This document shows positions 1-12,710 of a stretch of DNA of 64,000 nt, in pieces. Both the position numbers and the translations under genes were made by a program. Every line of letters begins with the position of its first letter. The first letter of the stretch is position 1. Below the pieces are notes generated by a model. The model was given only the letters and a program-made list of their open reading frames with translations. It was not told the DNA's origin and ran no database searches. The DNA comes from Cenococcum geophilum (lineage: Eukaryota): NCBI GenBank assembly GCA_050273025.1, contig CP158636.1, forward strand, positions 7,006,001-7,070,000, in the 5' to 3' direction.

Positions 1-3000
1 TACCTAGGACCCCCTAATCAAATCGTCCACAATATAGGAAAGAACTTCTTATCTATAGAGTTCCGACAATAAATAAAGGCAATGGCAATTAAGGTTAAGG
101 AAGTCCCTGTTAAGGCATATAATAGTATCAGAAAAGTAGAGTAATATTACACGCCATTACGCCGCGCATATAAGATTATCTCTTTAGAACTAAAGGATGC
201 TAGCGAAGAACTTACCTTATAAATGGCTATTAAAGCTATTAACGATTCCGCTGGCCCGGATGAACTTATACCTACATTACTAGTCTTTAGCGCCTACCCT
301 TAAATAACTAACAATTCTCTACTATCTCCCTTTATTATATAATGAGCTAAGGCTATTTATAAAGCAACGAAGGAGGTATGACGTCTATACGCTACGCGCC
401 AGGTTAATAACGCACTAGGAATAAGAAATAGCCCAAATACCTTGACTATGCTTAATCTGCCACTCCAATCTAAAGTACGGGTATGGCGTAAAAAGGGAGG
501 ATGGTTAGGCCCATATAAACTTATTGCAATTAATGGTTAAACTTATACTCTTTAGATGCCCTATAGACCTACTTAATTCCGTTTAACTGTTATTAGGCCC
601 TACTATAAAGATAACAGTTCTGAGCCTTTATAGGATGCCCCAGAAGATACCCTAGAAGATACCCTAGAGGAGAACCATAATTAACATGCCCTAGAAGGCG
701 ACTGTAATCCTAATATAATTATAGTAGACGTGCCGCAACTATAACGCGGTAAAGGTTACCCGAAGGGATCATAAAATTACTAACATCTTATTAATTTTAA
801 AGAGCAATTCGTTGCTGCTATAGAGAGTAGAGTCAAGTTATTAATGGCCTTTATAACAGCCAAAGAGAAGGCTGACTTTAAGCTCGCAAAATAGCTCCAA
901 AAGGAAGGTCGTATTATAACCCTAGGAGCTCCTTTCCAAGCATCCGACAAGCAGGAGATCGACGGTCTTATTATAAGAGGAGTCTTTAAATTTAAGAAAT
1001 ATAACCCTACTAAGTTTAATGGAGTTCGCATCTTTAAGTTAAGAATGGTTAACGAGATTAAGGGCAAAGCTACTGACGCCCTATTTGAGAAATTAAGGCT
1101 TATTATCTAAGGTTACAACAATAATAGCAAAGAGATAATTCTTATACAATCTCCTATAATTCAACGAGCTAGTTAGCAAGTTATTGTTGTATTAGCTCCC
1201 TCCTTAATAAAGAATAGAATAGCAGTTTATTTGCGAGATATTACTTAAGCCTACACCTAATTAGAGACGCACCTTTAGCGCTTAATATTAGCATACCTTC
1301 CGGAGCAAATTCGCCACCAGTATCCTAAAGACACGATCATAGTTGTGCTTAAGCCATTATATAGAATCGCAGAGGCAGGAACTCACTAGTAGGCTACCTA
1401 CAGTAAGCACCATAAAGAGAAGCTTTTAATAACTACTTCTATATTTGATTCCTGCTTCCTTATTATAACCACGGGAACCCCATTTGGAATTGTCGGTATA
1501 CAAACTAATAATATAATTATCTTAGGAGACGACCAATTCTTAGCTCTTAAAGAGGATAAGCTAGTAAAGGTAAATCTTATAGCAAAGCTAAAGGAAAAGC
1601 TTAACTTAACAATACCATTACTCTTTAATGGATGCATCCTCTCCCTAAACGAGGATTCCATTACTTTACGCCAGAAGGGTTAAGGTAAGAAGATTAATAT
1701 TATTAACGTTAATTCCCTAAAGCAAGGATATATAGAGCAACGCGCTCGCGAAGCTTATATTGCTTCTATCTATTAACCTAAGGCTTTATTTAATCTCTCC
1801 GTTGCCGCCTAATACTAGGAACTAACTAAGGACGACGTTCTTGCCCTAAATAAACGTCTTTTCTGGTAAATAAACCATCTTAATTAGGGACTACTCTATA
1901 TACCTATTAATCTTCCTACCGCTAAGCTCTTTATATTTATTAATAGATCGTTTACAAATAATAAAGATTTTAGCTCCCAGTTAGGATATAAGATCATTAT
2001 CGCGAACGAATTTACTAAAGAGAATGACTTTATAATCTATGGCAATCTTATCTATTAGAGCTTAACTAAGAGCAAGCGCGTTACTTAAAGTGTTTTAGCG
2101 TTAGAGATATATAGAATAGTTAGCGGAGTTAATATAGCAATTATAATTGGAACTACCCTAAAGATAATTATAGATCGACTTAAACTTCCTATTATCCCTA
2201 CAATCGTATACACCAATTTATTTTCCCTCTATAAGTGTTTAGTCAAGCTCGGTACCACAAAGGAGAAGCGCCTTATAATTAATATTATAGCACTTTAGCA
2301 ATCCTACGAGCGTTAAGAACTCTTTAAGATTTAATGGATTAATGGCTAAGATAACCCGGCAGATGTGATAACGAAGGCGAACCCAAATAAGGCACTAGAG
2401 ACGTTTGTTAATATAAATACTCTGCGTATACGAGTTAAAGGTTAGGTTAAAAGGGAGTCCCTAGAAATTTCTTAGTCATGTAAGGTCTTAAGATGTCCAG
2501 GAACTTTAACCGGCAGTCGAAGTTGTCTAATTAGTCAGATTCTGCAGACCCTAACTTAAACTAGCCAATTAGGATTTTCCATCCCTAGGATGGAAAATCG
2601 CTATTTGGCTCGCTTACCGCTAGCGCCTTAGCGGCCCTACTAATAAGATACCTACCTATAACTTATAAGCAAGAAAGCACTACGTGCTAAGAGGCAAATT
2701 TTGGGATAGCGAGACTTATATTATAATGGCAATAGTAAGTAAGGAGGATTAATTTTTGTTCCGCTAGTTAAGCGGTATATATATATAGATGGCAACCACA
2801 AAAGAAGAGTTGCTAGTGTTAGGAATAAAGGCAAATGGTCACCATATAAGGCATATTGCCGTCACATGTAGCAAGTTGCCATCACGTGCCGCCGCGGCAC
2901 TAGCGTGGTAAGGAACCTTAAATTCCTTACCCCTTTCTTCAAGAATATAAGAATAACAATTATCATACTATCTACGAACCGTAGCTACGTGATATCCCCT

Positions 3001-3013
3001 TATAAGTCCAACA
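1..3013 (+). mobile_element. Ty1/Copia LTR retrotransposon, 3' part (integrase, RT, RNase H, 3' LTR), RIP-inactivated
   Basis: The + frame reads YLGPP.QIVH..GKNF...KEVPV.A.NSI.KVE.Y.TPLRRAY (Copia integrase), then KSR.V..I.GK..D.P.EK.RL.IQG and VVLKPLY.IAEAGTH (RT), and KSKRVT.SVLA.EIY...EKRL.I.I.AL.QSYER...NPAD..TK (RNase H). Many TAA/TAG stops. A purine tract (AAAAGAAGAG) precedes the LTR. Confidence 0.92.
2817..3013 (+). repeat. 3' LTR of the Copia element
   Basis: Starts TGTTAGGA and ends TCCAACA (TG...CA with short inverted termini), directly after a purine tract. Confidence 0.8.
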
Positions 3014-4363
3014 CTAAAAGATCTAAGGGACTAGATCTTAAGGAAGGAGATAAAGTATAGCTACTATATAAAAATTTTAAGTGTTAATAATTAAGTAAGA
3101 AGTTAGACCACGTTAAACTAGGACCTTTTAAAATTAAATAAAGGATTTTACTGGTTACGTTTAAGTTAAACCTACTAGCTAAGATAAAGATTTACCCTAT
3201 ATAGCATATTATAATACTAGAGCCAGTATATAGGAATATTAAGCCACTAGTTTACAAAGTAGATACGTATAGAGGATAGGAAGAAGATAAATAGCAAGTT
3301 TTAAAGATCGTTAACTATAAGGACATTAACAATAAAATATAGTATAAGGTAAAGTAGATAGGCTATACTAAGACTACCTAGGAGCTACTAGGGAATTTAA
3401 AAAACGTTATAGGAAAGGTATAGGAGTATCGGAAGAAATTAGATTAGGCAGCATTAATAAAAAAGGATTACTAAAAAAATAAGTTATCTAAGGGGGACTT
3501 AAGAAGAGCAGTTGCTGAGCTACTTAGATCTATTTCCTTCTCTATTAGAAGAGAATCCGTTCTTTTATTACTAAGTTCCTATAGACCCTATTCTATAAGT
3601 TTTTACTTCTTAGAATAAACCTTCTTATGGACCTTCTTAAGACAAATTAACTAAGTGGACGCCGTAAGACAAGACTTAAGGGCCTATTGCTAAGTATCGG
3701 CAGCCTTTTATTCTGTATTATAAGAACGGCGTAACTCTGCTAGAGTAATAGACAGTTTATTATCTAGCCGCGTAGCAGTAAATTAAATATAAAACTCTAA
3801 GACAAATTAATTAGGGAACTAGACAACTATTAAAAGTAATAGGTTATATATATTTAGTATTAGAGATAGAGCGAACGTTATAGGATAAATAAATATTTAC
3901 TTTAGTGCACTTTAAGTAAGAGGACGGTTATTGTAAAGAAGGGTTTACTAACGCAATATAGACTAACCCCTCTTTTAAACAGCGAGAATACGGAGATAGT
4001 ATAATCTCACTAAGAGACAAAATTGCAGTAATAGTGCGAACACGACGGATAGTTGAGGAAGAAGAAATTGCTTTAGGTATAATAAGCAATAATATTAACT
4101 AAATTAATTAGACGGATATTACACCTTTAGTAAATAACTTAGAGATATATAGGATTTTAAGGATAAAGATAAAGAGAAGGGGGATAGTATTACGGACGCT
4201 TTAAGTACAATATTATAACTACTTAGAGAAAAGTTGGAAGAAGCTAGTTAGTTAATATAAGCACGGTTTAAGATAGAGCTAATAGAGCTATATAACGAGG
4301 AATAGTAACTAAGGTTACGTAACGTGATCTATATAATCTATAAGATCTATATAATCCGTAATA
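3014..4363 (+). mobile_element. Gypsy (chromovirus-type) 3' end: integrase C-terminus, chromodomain, PPT and 3' LTR (4188-4363); interrupted upstream by the Copia
   Basis: Reads DLKEGDKV.LL.KNF....SKKLDHVKLGPFKI, then a chromodomain-like EED..QVLKIV..K.....YKVK..GY..TT.E.L.NL. PPT AAAGAGAAGGGGGATAG, then LTR TATTACGG...CCGTAATA (RIP-mutated TGTTACGG...CCGTAACA). Confidence 0.8.
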
Positions 4364-7300
4364 GAGTAGATAGAGCACACGTATATTATATATAAGAAGG
4401 ATTTTATAAAAGTACGGTTGTATATTTAAGGACCCTTAGTCCCTACCTAAATAGTTCCTTCCTTATAGTAATTCTTAGAATATAATTAGAGTTAATCTAT
4501 TAGGCAACTACTCCACTAGTTATTATTACGTTGTTAACTTTAATTTATATTACCTATATACCTAGCCTATTAACGAACCCACTATAGTTCCTGCTATAAG
4601 GTTCTATTACAGTAGTCCTTAATAAAAGATTCTATAGTAATGCCTATATAAATTAGCATACTAAAGTACGCATATAATTTCTACCTATTTATTAGTTTTT
4701 ACCTATAGGTAAACTTAGCTTCTTTCTCTATAGAATAGAGCTCTATATATTTATTTATCTACTTCGCAAGCTTATTTATTATTTTATTAGTAAAGAATAA
4801 CTTAAATATAGCTAAGGTGTTATATTAATTAAGGTTTAGAGAAAGATTTAGGGTATTATAGTTATTAAAATTCGTAACGCGTAAAGGTTTAAAGGAGGGT
4901 AACGGCTATAGCTATAAGGGAGGTTCTTTTACCTTTTAAGTTAGTAGAATTAAATATTATTATTAATTCTATTTATCGCCCGATTCGGTCCCTTTTTAGG
5001 TCTATACAGGCTTCTACCTTCTATATATAGGAAAAAACCCCCTAGGGGGGAAAACCTAGGTATATCCTTTCAGCTAGTCTTACGCGCTCCGCCTTCGCCT
5101 AGCCTATATACCTTTATATAATGTCTGCCTTACATACCATGCTTCCAAGGTGTCTTAGAAGATCTAGGGGGTAGTAGAAGGGTTTAGTGATTCGCCGGCG
5201 TGCCACCTTCAACTAGGTAGGGGGTGTCCAGTCTCTAAGGGACTGGAAGGGGGCGTATCCTTTAGTATCCTCCTGCTGGATCTCATTTGCTATCTGGAAC
5301 TGCTAAAGGACTCCTTAGCTTATAAGCCATTATGCTGCTTTATGTAGACCCCTGCTTATAAAGAGCATTTGGGTAATATTATTTGTGCCTACTCTAGCGA
5401 ATAACTGGTCTCTTATAGTGCGTTGGTTGCAGAATAGTAGTATATAGCGTACTAACTGTGTAGGCCATCCGCACATATAGTGTGGCGTAATATTTGGGAC
5501 ATAGATGCTTACTAGCCATGCATTTAGCCCTAGAACCTCTATCCTTAGTAGAAAGGCGGCTGTAGATTCTACCTTCATCTGTCCTTCGTATAGGGGGAGA
5601 GTTAGTATCGTCTATAGGGTAATCCATATGGCTGCCCTCTATGTTTTTGCCGCCTTCTTCTATCGTTGGTTCCACTTAATATCTGCCCATCTTGCGATGC
5701 ATATAGTGGATCTCCACTTATACTGGTGGCCTCCTATCCTCTGCTGCTATAATGGCGCTCCGCTGGCGTGGCGCCGGGTCTCCACTTAGTGTTATAGTAG
5801 CTCCCGTATTTCCTGTTCTTTTTCTACCGCACGTAGGCGGAGGGCTTCCTGGCTTGTAAGCTTAGGCGCGTTGCCCCTCCGGGGGGCCCTTACTCCTCAT
5901 ATACGATTAAGTGTTTGGCGTATGTCCTTCTCCACTAGGTGGTCTTGTACTGTAGCTGCTCTCTACATAGCAATTGTGTCTATGTATATATCTAGTAGAG
6001 GTACTACTGCTTCGCGTTCTAGTGCGGCACGTAGTATCCTCTTATAGGCCCCTGTGATTCTACGTAGGCATTAGTTTTATAGTTTAACTAATGGCTCTAG
6101 GGAGCTTTTTGCTAGTAGCTTGCCTTTTAGGTCCACGCCCCAGATCTGGGCGCCGTATAGCATTGTTAGCCTTACTACAGCTATATATAGTAGTCGTGTG
6201 CGTCTAAATAAGGGTCCCTAGGTCGAGGCTGCGATACGCAATATCGCTGCGAATGCTGCTGCTCCCCTGTAAGTCGCCTGTGTAATATGCGCATTCCAGT
6301 TTAGTCTAGCGTCCACCTATACCCCTAGGACCTTAAGGGTGGCTTCTAGTTTTGCTTCGCAGCCCTAAATGCTTACTATTAACGCTAGGTCGTTATTCGC
6401 CCTCCTTTTCCTTATAAAATAGATAAGCTGGTATTTATCTGGTGTAAATTTAGCGCCATGCTGTTTTGCCTATATGACGCACCTGTCGTGCGCCTAGTTT
6501 AGTCTAGTGCAGTTTTCTGCTGCTGTGTTTCCCCGCGTAATTAGGTTTATATTATCTACAAATCCTAAGGCTACTGTTTCCTGGTTGCTCTCAAATGTCT
6601 CTAGTAGCTTAGATATAAAGAATAAGAACAGAATTAGCGACAGGGGCGACCCCTATAGGATGCCTGTAGGTATTAGTATTAATTCGCTTTTATAGCCCTT
6701 AAACACTATCTTAGTGGTGCGCCCTATTAGAAAGGCTTATATAAACTTAACTATCCATTCTAGTAGACCCTTCTTTCTTAGGATCTATAGGAGTCTCTTA
6801 TGCGATACGTTGTTAAAGGCTCCACTTAGGTCTAAGCTGAGCATAGATACTACGCATCCTAGGCAGGCTTACCACGCCGCCTAGACGCTAAAGGTAATTA
6901 GGGAGAGGGCTAAGAGGGTTAATCGCTTCTTTCTTGCGCCCATTTATATCCATAGTAGTAGTCCTTGCTCCTCTACGGCGTCTTATATGCGCTCTGTAAC
7001 TATCTTTTCTAGAAGCTTTCCTAGCGTATTTTTAAGGGCGATTGGTCAGTAGCTTCCTAGGAGAGAGTAGTCCTTTTTATTTAGCTTTCTTAAGACGACT
7101 GTAGTTGTTACTTTATAGCAGTCTGGTAGATTACCTTCGTATAGGCAGGTAGTTATAGCGTTCGCTAGTGGTATTGCTAAGGCTTCTAACGCAGCCTTGA
7201 TTGCCTCATTTGGGATCCTATCTGGTCCTGCCGCTTTGCCTATAGGGAGCTTCCGAATAGCTTCTTTTATATCCTTTGTTAAGACTATCTGGCTTATCTC

Positions 7301-7867
7301 TAGGGGTAGGGGGTAGTCTTAGTTGCTGGTGTCCTGTAAGTCTGCTTGGCCTACGCCTAGGAAGAACCTCTCTGCTAGTATTCTTGTTTTTTCCCCGTTG
7401 TTATTTATGTACTAGTCGTGTGCTGTCCGACGTAGTGCGGGTAGGTGGGGGTCCCCTGGCGTTTCCCCTGCGGCTCGCCTACTCCACTTTAACATTCGCC
7501 AAAGTCCCTGGTTGTGTGGCTTAGTGGGGTCTGAAGTAATTTCCTTAAGGAACCGGCGCCAGCTGTTTCTGCTCTCCTTCCGTATTGTCTTCTTAAGCCT
7601 ATTCTTTAGGGCTTTATAACTCTGTTGGTGGTGGACCTCGCCCGTCTCACTGTACTGTCGCCTCGCCCTCCTTGAGCCTGCGAGTATCTGCGCTGCCTCC
7701 GGTGACCATTCGCGCCGGGCGTGTTTACTAGGCTGGGCCATTGGAAGAATTAAATATTAAGTTAGTAGAATAAAGTCTATATTATTAGAAGTATAATTAG
7801 TAGGTATAGTTAATTAATGTAATTAATTAAATCTATATAGAATATACGCGTACTTTTAGTTCTAGTG
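4364..7867 (-). mobile_element. piggyBac-like DNA transposon remnant (transposase N-terminal part at 4364-~5020, putative terminus at 7867), split by a LINE
   Basis: The minus strand of 4600-4880 reads LAIFKLFFTN.IINKLAK.INKY...ELYAYF..LI.IGITIESFIKDY, which resembles the piggyBac (DDE_Tnp_1_7) N-terminus. The minus strand at 7867 begins CACTAGAAC, similar to piggyBac-type termini, but the flank is not a clean TTAA. Confidence 0.6.
5030..7741 (-). mobile_element. 5'-truncated non-LTR retrotransposon (LINE, Tad-like) ORF2, RIP-mutated
   Basis: The minus strand shows KAAGPDG.PN, YRPIAL.NTLGKLLEK, SLDLSGAFNNVSH, GI..GSPLSLILFLFY, GFVDN.N, KFTPDKYQLI.F and LKVLGV.VDARL.W, which are LINE RT motifs. 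The left boundary is approximate. Confidence 0.88.
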
Positions 7868-7900
7868 TTTTGATGTTCTGCGCACGGACCAATTATTGTA

Positions 7901-8647
7901 GGACCCTACCAGCCGAAGGGATACACCGCTTTCCTCGTGGGCCAGTACTTTTCATGGACCTTTATACTGCGTCGGCAAGCGCAGTTTATGAAGTTCTCAA
8001 CCGACGACAAGAACAGGAAGCTGGCTAAAACCTTCCAAAAAATTATCGTGGCGTTTAGTCTTGACGACGACCCCCCCGACCCCCTTAGCGAACCGTTCTC
8101 GCTGTGGCGATCCTAGCAAAGCGCGATTGGGGAGCTGATGACGACGGATTATTGTGACGAGCTGGTGTGCATAGGCTATGCGACGTTCTATAGTAATTGG
8201 ACATGCAATCGCTACGGGGATAGCGGAGACAAAGCGACGGAAGATAGCAGAGACAAAGCGCCGTTCTATAGGGGTTGGGAGCGCGATAGCCCCCGGGATA
8301 GCGAAGACGAAGACGGCAAGGCTGATGAGAGCGCCCAAATGATTGATATGACTGCGTATAAATATTGCAATGGGCCTTTCCGCCAATTCTTTCGTCCAAT
8401 TGTCGAGGGTATCATTAAAGTCGAGACTGCGAAGAACGGCGGGAACGAGAGGGTTCCGGATCAACGATTGAGACGTCTGCAGCACCTGTTCATTGATCTT
8501 ATCAATGTTCTCGACGACAAACGCGTGTGGATTGAAAAGGAATCTAGGAAATACTGTCATCGAGCTGATTGCTGCCCGTGTGAAAAATGCGGCTGGAAGG
8601 AGACGTGTCCTTGCAGTATCTGTGTCGATCGGAATATCAAAGAATGA
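7901..8647 (+). pseudogene. Conserved-hypothetical gene remnant with an in-frame TAG; 5' end disrupted next to the piggyBac terminus
   Basis: The frame of ORF 8138-8647 extends upstream as YTAFLVGQYFSWTFILRRQAQFMKFSTDD...PFSLWRS*QSAIGELM, with a single TAG at 8114-8116. It continues LVCIGYATF...FRQFFRPIVEGI...RLRRLQHLFIDLINVLD and ends in a Cys-rich tail. Confidence 0.6.
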
Positions 8648-8897
8648 GGACTGTCTATTAAATTTGGCTCTAGGGCCTCTATATATACATGAGAAAGGTA
8701 TAGGCAATAGGAAAGGAAAGGGGAGGGGATAGCAATAGAAACAGGGGGTAGGTGACCGAGCCAAGAGGGGGTCCCCGATATGTGATAGATATCGTATCGT
8801 CGATCTGTATCGCGATAAGATTAGATTTCGCCAACCCTGATTCTTTCACAACAAAGTCCTCCCGCTGTCCTCTCTATCTTGGTCAAAAGCCACCGAC

Positions 8898-11425
8898 ATG
8901 GACCCCATTACCGCTTTAGGGGCAGCCGCGGCCATTGCTCAGTTTGTTGGTTTTGCAGTCAACTTGGTTTCCGCATCCAAGGAAACCTTTGACTCGGCCA
9001 AGGGATCTGTCGGCCACATCCAAACCATTGAAGATGTCTACGGGCGACTTCGGGATTTAAGCACATTGCTACGGAAGCCTTCGAAGATGGAGCCTGGTCT
9101 TGAACTTTTAGTAGAGGACAAGTCTCTCCTGGATGCCCAAACGTCAGCAATCAACGATCTGTCGCAGGTGTGCATAAATGAGTGCAACAAGCTCTTGGAA
9201 GTGGCTCCCAAGCTCAAATGTGAGCCTGACTCCAGGACCCGTTGGCAGAGTTTCAGGATCGCTCTTATGACGGTGTGGAAGGAGAGGGAGATCGCAAGCC
9301 TGGAGAAGAGGTTGCAGGGCGTTCAAGTGGCTTTGACGCTCCAAGTATGTTCCCTGACAAGGTAAGAAGTATCGAATGCCCAAAATCTGCGCAAGTTAAC
9401 TCCTTGATCAGTGTCTGGCAGAGGATCTGCTACAGCGAGTTGACAAAACTCCGCTCGGAAAGTCAACGTCTAAGCTCGAGACATTCCGCAAGGCTAAACA
9501 GCATCTATACGGCTCTCGGTGAAATCAATACTCGTTTGGAAACTGCGAGCTCAGAGAACCTGGTTCATAAACCGTTTTCGCCCGCCGAGATAGAATCGCT
9601 CGAAAGCCAGATGTCCCGACTATCCTTTTCAGAATCGAATGTCGCCAAAGAACAGAAGATTCTCAAGAGTCTCAGCTTCGAGAGCCGCCCGACGCGATTC
9701 CAGTCTGTGCCCGAGGCTCACAGGCGCACTTACTGCTGGATCTTCGAGAACCAGAAGCAGAGCCCTTCCGACGTGTCATCAGCCAAAGGCAACGTACTTT
9801 CTTGGCTCAAAACGGGGCAAGATTGGTTCTGGGTGTCTGGTAAACCAGGGTCGGGTAAATCGACATTGATGAAATACATCGCCAGCCATCCAAAAACTTC
9901 CCAAGCTTTGTCCGAGTGGGCACAGCTCAAAACTGTGGTCATTGCGAGCCATTATTTCTGGAGCGCCGGTACGCCAATGCAACGGTCCTTTGAGGGCCTC
10001 TTAAGGACTTTACTGTACGACATCTTCCGCCAACTACCGGATCTAATCGAGACAACGTGCATAGAGCGATGGCCGAAACCAAAAGAGCAACTTGGCCATG
10101 AAGATTGGTATGTCTCCGAGCTCCACGCGGTACTCAAGCGAATTGGAGTCCAAGAAACAATTTCAGCCAAATTCTGTTTCTTCATTGACGGGCTAGACGA
10201 GTTTGATGGCGATCATGTCGACTTTTGTGCGACTTTGTGCGAACTGACCAAATCACCGCACGTCAAGCTGTGTGTTTCAAGCCGTCCCTGGAACGTGTTT
10301 GAGTACTCATTTGGCCGGAGCGTATCGTCCAAGCTATATATGCATGAATTAACTCTGGAAGATATCCGATCTTACTCAAAGAGTCGACTGAAAGAGCATC
10401 CACGGTGGCCCGAACTGCATATCGAGAGCCAAAATGCCAAATGGCTCGTCGATCAGATAACGCAGAGAGCGGCCGGAGTTTTTCTTTGGGTCTTTTTGGT
10501 GACCCAGCTTCTGCGAAACGGCCTTACCGAGTATGACAACTTCTCGGACATGAAAAAGAGATTGGACAGTGTTCCTCGGGACCTCGAAGCATTCTTCAAG
10601 CAAATTCTCGAGTCCGTCGAGCCTTTTTACAATCAGAAAATGGCGACAACATTGAAAATAGCACTGACTGCTAAACAGCCAGCACTGACTGCAATCTATG
10701 ATTTCCACGAAAAAGAGTGGGAAGATGAGGATTATGCATTAAAGCTGCCCATACAAACACTTGATGCATCCGAAACCGAAGCTAGGCAAAAGCAGATGAC
10801 TCGACGTCTCAACGCCCGATGCCGTGGCCTTCTCGAGGTCAATGGCCCAAGTGATCGTGTCGAGTTCCTCCACAGGACCGTTATGGATTATCTCAGAACC
10901 CAGGAGATGACCGAATATCTAGATCGGAAAGTTCCAGTCGATTTCGACCCAAGTCTCTCGCTTCTCAGGGCATTCCTGGCATACTTGAAAAGTACCCAGT
11001 TTTTAGGATATTTATATCGACGAGCGCAGGGTGATTTTTACGGCTCCAAGGTCAATTACGCGGTACAAGAAACCCTTGGCTACGCCATGCAGCTTGGAAA
11101 TAGCATCAAACGTGACGATCTTTTGACAGAGCTGGAACATTGCCTTCTCGAGATGATGAGAACCGGCCAAATACTTCTAGAGCTACACGCAAAAGCCCGA
11201 CTCGACTCTAAACTGTTAGACCTCAAAGATCGTGTTCGATTCAACATCAATCACGCTCCAATACCGGGACAAGGGAACAATACAGTTGTTAACGAGATTC
11301 AGGGTGTTGCCAAGTTGTACTTTTTGGAATCCTTGGAGCAGGTATTACCGCTCTCTACATTGGACGAAGCGGATACGAGTTTTGTTTCCTCGGTACTGGG
11401 GCAGAAACGAAGTCGCCTAGGGTAG
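8898..11425 (+). CDS. NACHT/STAND NTPase (fungal NLR-like) with N-terminal helical SesA/HeLo-like domain; 2 exons (8898-9361, 9412-11425), ~825 aa
   Basis: N-terminus MDPITALGAAAAIAQFV. A 50-nt intron (GTAAGA..TTAAC..CAG, 9362-9411) joins the two ORFs in frame. Walker A WVSGKPGSGKSTLMK, Walker B FFIDGLDE, CVSSRPW, AAGVFLWV and VEFLHRTVMDYL are present. No stops. Confidence 0.92.
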
Positions 11426-12469
11426 AAGTAGCGACAATGACGGCTGTATCTATGAATTGAGAGGACTCACAACCCCAACTTCCTTTCATTTGACATGGTC
11501 ATTACCTGTTTTATCGTCTCGCTTTGATGGTACAGCTATGACCAGTCCACAGCTTCCACCTTCTATTTTTGTCAAGGGGCAATGAGTGAGCCGCCATAAC
11601 GAGCGAATCCTTTGGCTTCATCCGGAGCATCGGCCAAGCCGTATTGCTGTTTATAGGAGTATTGTTGCTTTCGGATATGGATCCGGAAGAGTTGTGACCA
11701 TGGAATCTACTTTGTGAAGCTTTCTTAAGCCTTCTTAAACCTCCTCCGTTGCAGACGACGTCTTCACGTATGACATGAACAGCACGAGAGGTGAAATCTT
11801 ATGGGTAATGTTTGATTAAAAATGCAAAAGGGTTAAAACCTAATTACGCCTCAAGGCGATAGCGACTGACGTGATCAAGACCGTGGTTTGGTGCTGCCAT
11901 TGAGGGTGTTTTAAGAAATGATGTCTCTCCTAAACTACCTCCTTGTAATTGCTGCTGTGGCGTCGAGGTGTGGCGGAAGTTAAGAATACGGTATGATAAA
12001 AGACGCTAAGTTGGTTTTAGGCGTAAGAATCGGATTCGGGAAAGTTTGAGAGACACTAACCCGGGGTGCAGCTCGGCAGGGTCACGGAAAAGTTGAACGG
12101 GGTCACCGATGGAGCGCCGGAAAAAGGTCGGCGGGGCCACACTTTTACCCATACAGAACGCGCATCGGTAGCCACAATTTACCTTAGCGACCGCATGCAC
12201 TGAATATGCGGTGCATATGCCAAGTCTATACATACACCCACGAGAATATATCGCGGTAGTTAAACGGCTTTATTAGTGAGTATATGTATATGTTTAGTAT
12301 ATGCTAAGTATGTACAGCCACTACAGCGCAGCCTGCCTTACATAGAATAGTAAGTATATACGTTGCATATGCTAAGCATATACAGCTGTTATAGCGCAGC
12401 CCACTCTATAAAGAACAGTAGGTGTATACCGTTGCATATGCTTAGCATATGCAACGTATATATAGATAC

Positions 12470-12710
12470 TGTCACGATGACGATGTATTACATTCGAACG
12501 CTAGATAAACAGGCATCAGATTCAAAAGAGTTGATAGCTACGTACGGCTGTCGTGGAGACTCAAGAGGATTGCTAGAGAGCTCAAAAGGAATGCAGCTGC
12601 GCTAAATCTATATAGGGGCGTCGGGGCGGATAAACTATTTGCCGACGGTGCTAAATAAGAAAAGGAAACCAGCTGTACCGCGTAGCGCTTATAACGGCAG
12701 TCCCGTTACA
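12470..12710. repeat. Solo LTR with 5-bp TSD
   Basis: TGTCACG...CCGTTACA, flanked by GATAC at 12465-12469 and 12711-12715. Confidence 0.85.

Noticed and set aside
780..7741. Short ORFs listed in the TE block
   Set aside because: Fragments or antisense frames of RIP-mutated Copia and LINE sequence, not independent genes.
7997..8764. 255-aa minus-strand ORF
   Set aside because: It is the antisense shadow of the + strand pseudogene, which carries the protein-like motifs.
9242..9411. N-terminus of the 727-aa ORF as a separate gene start
   Set aside because: Explained by the intron at 9362-9411, which joins it to the 8898 exon.
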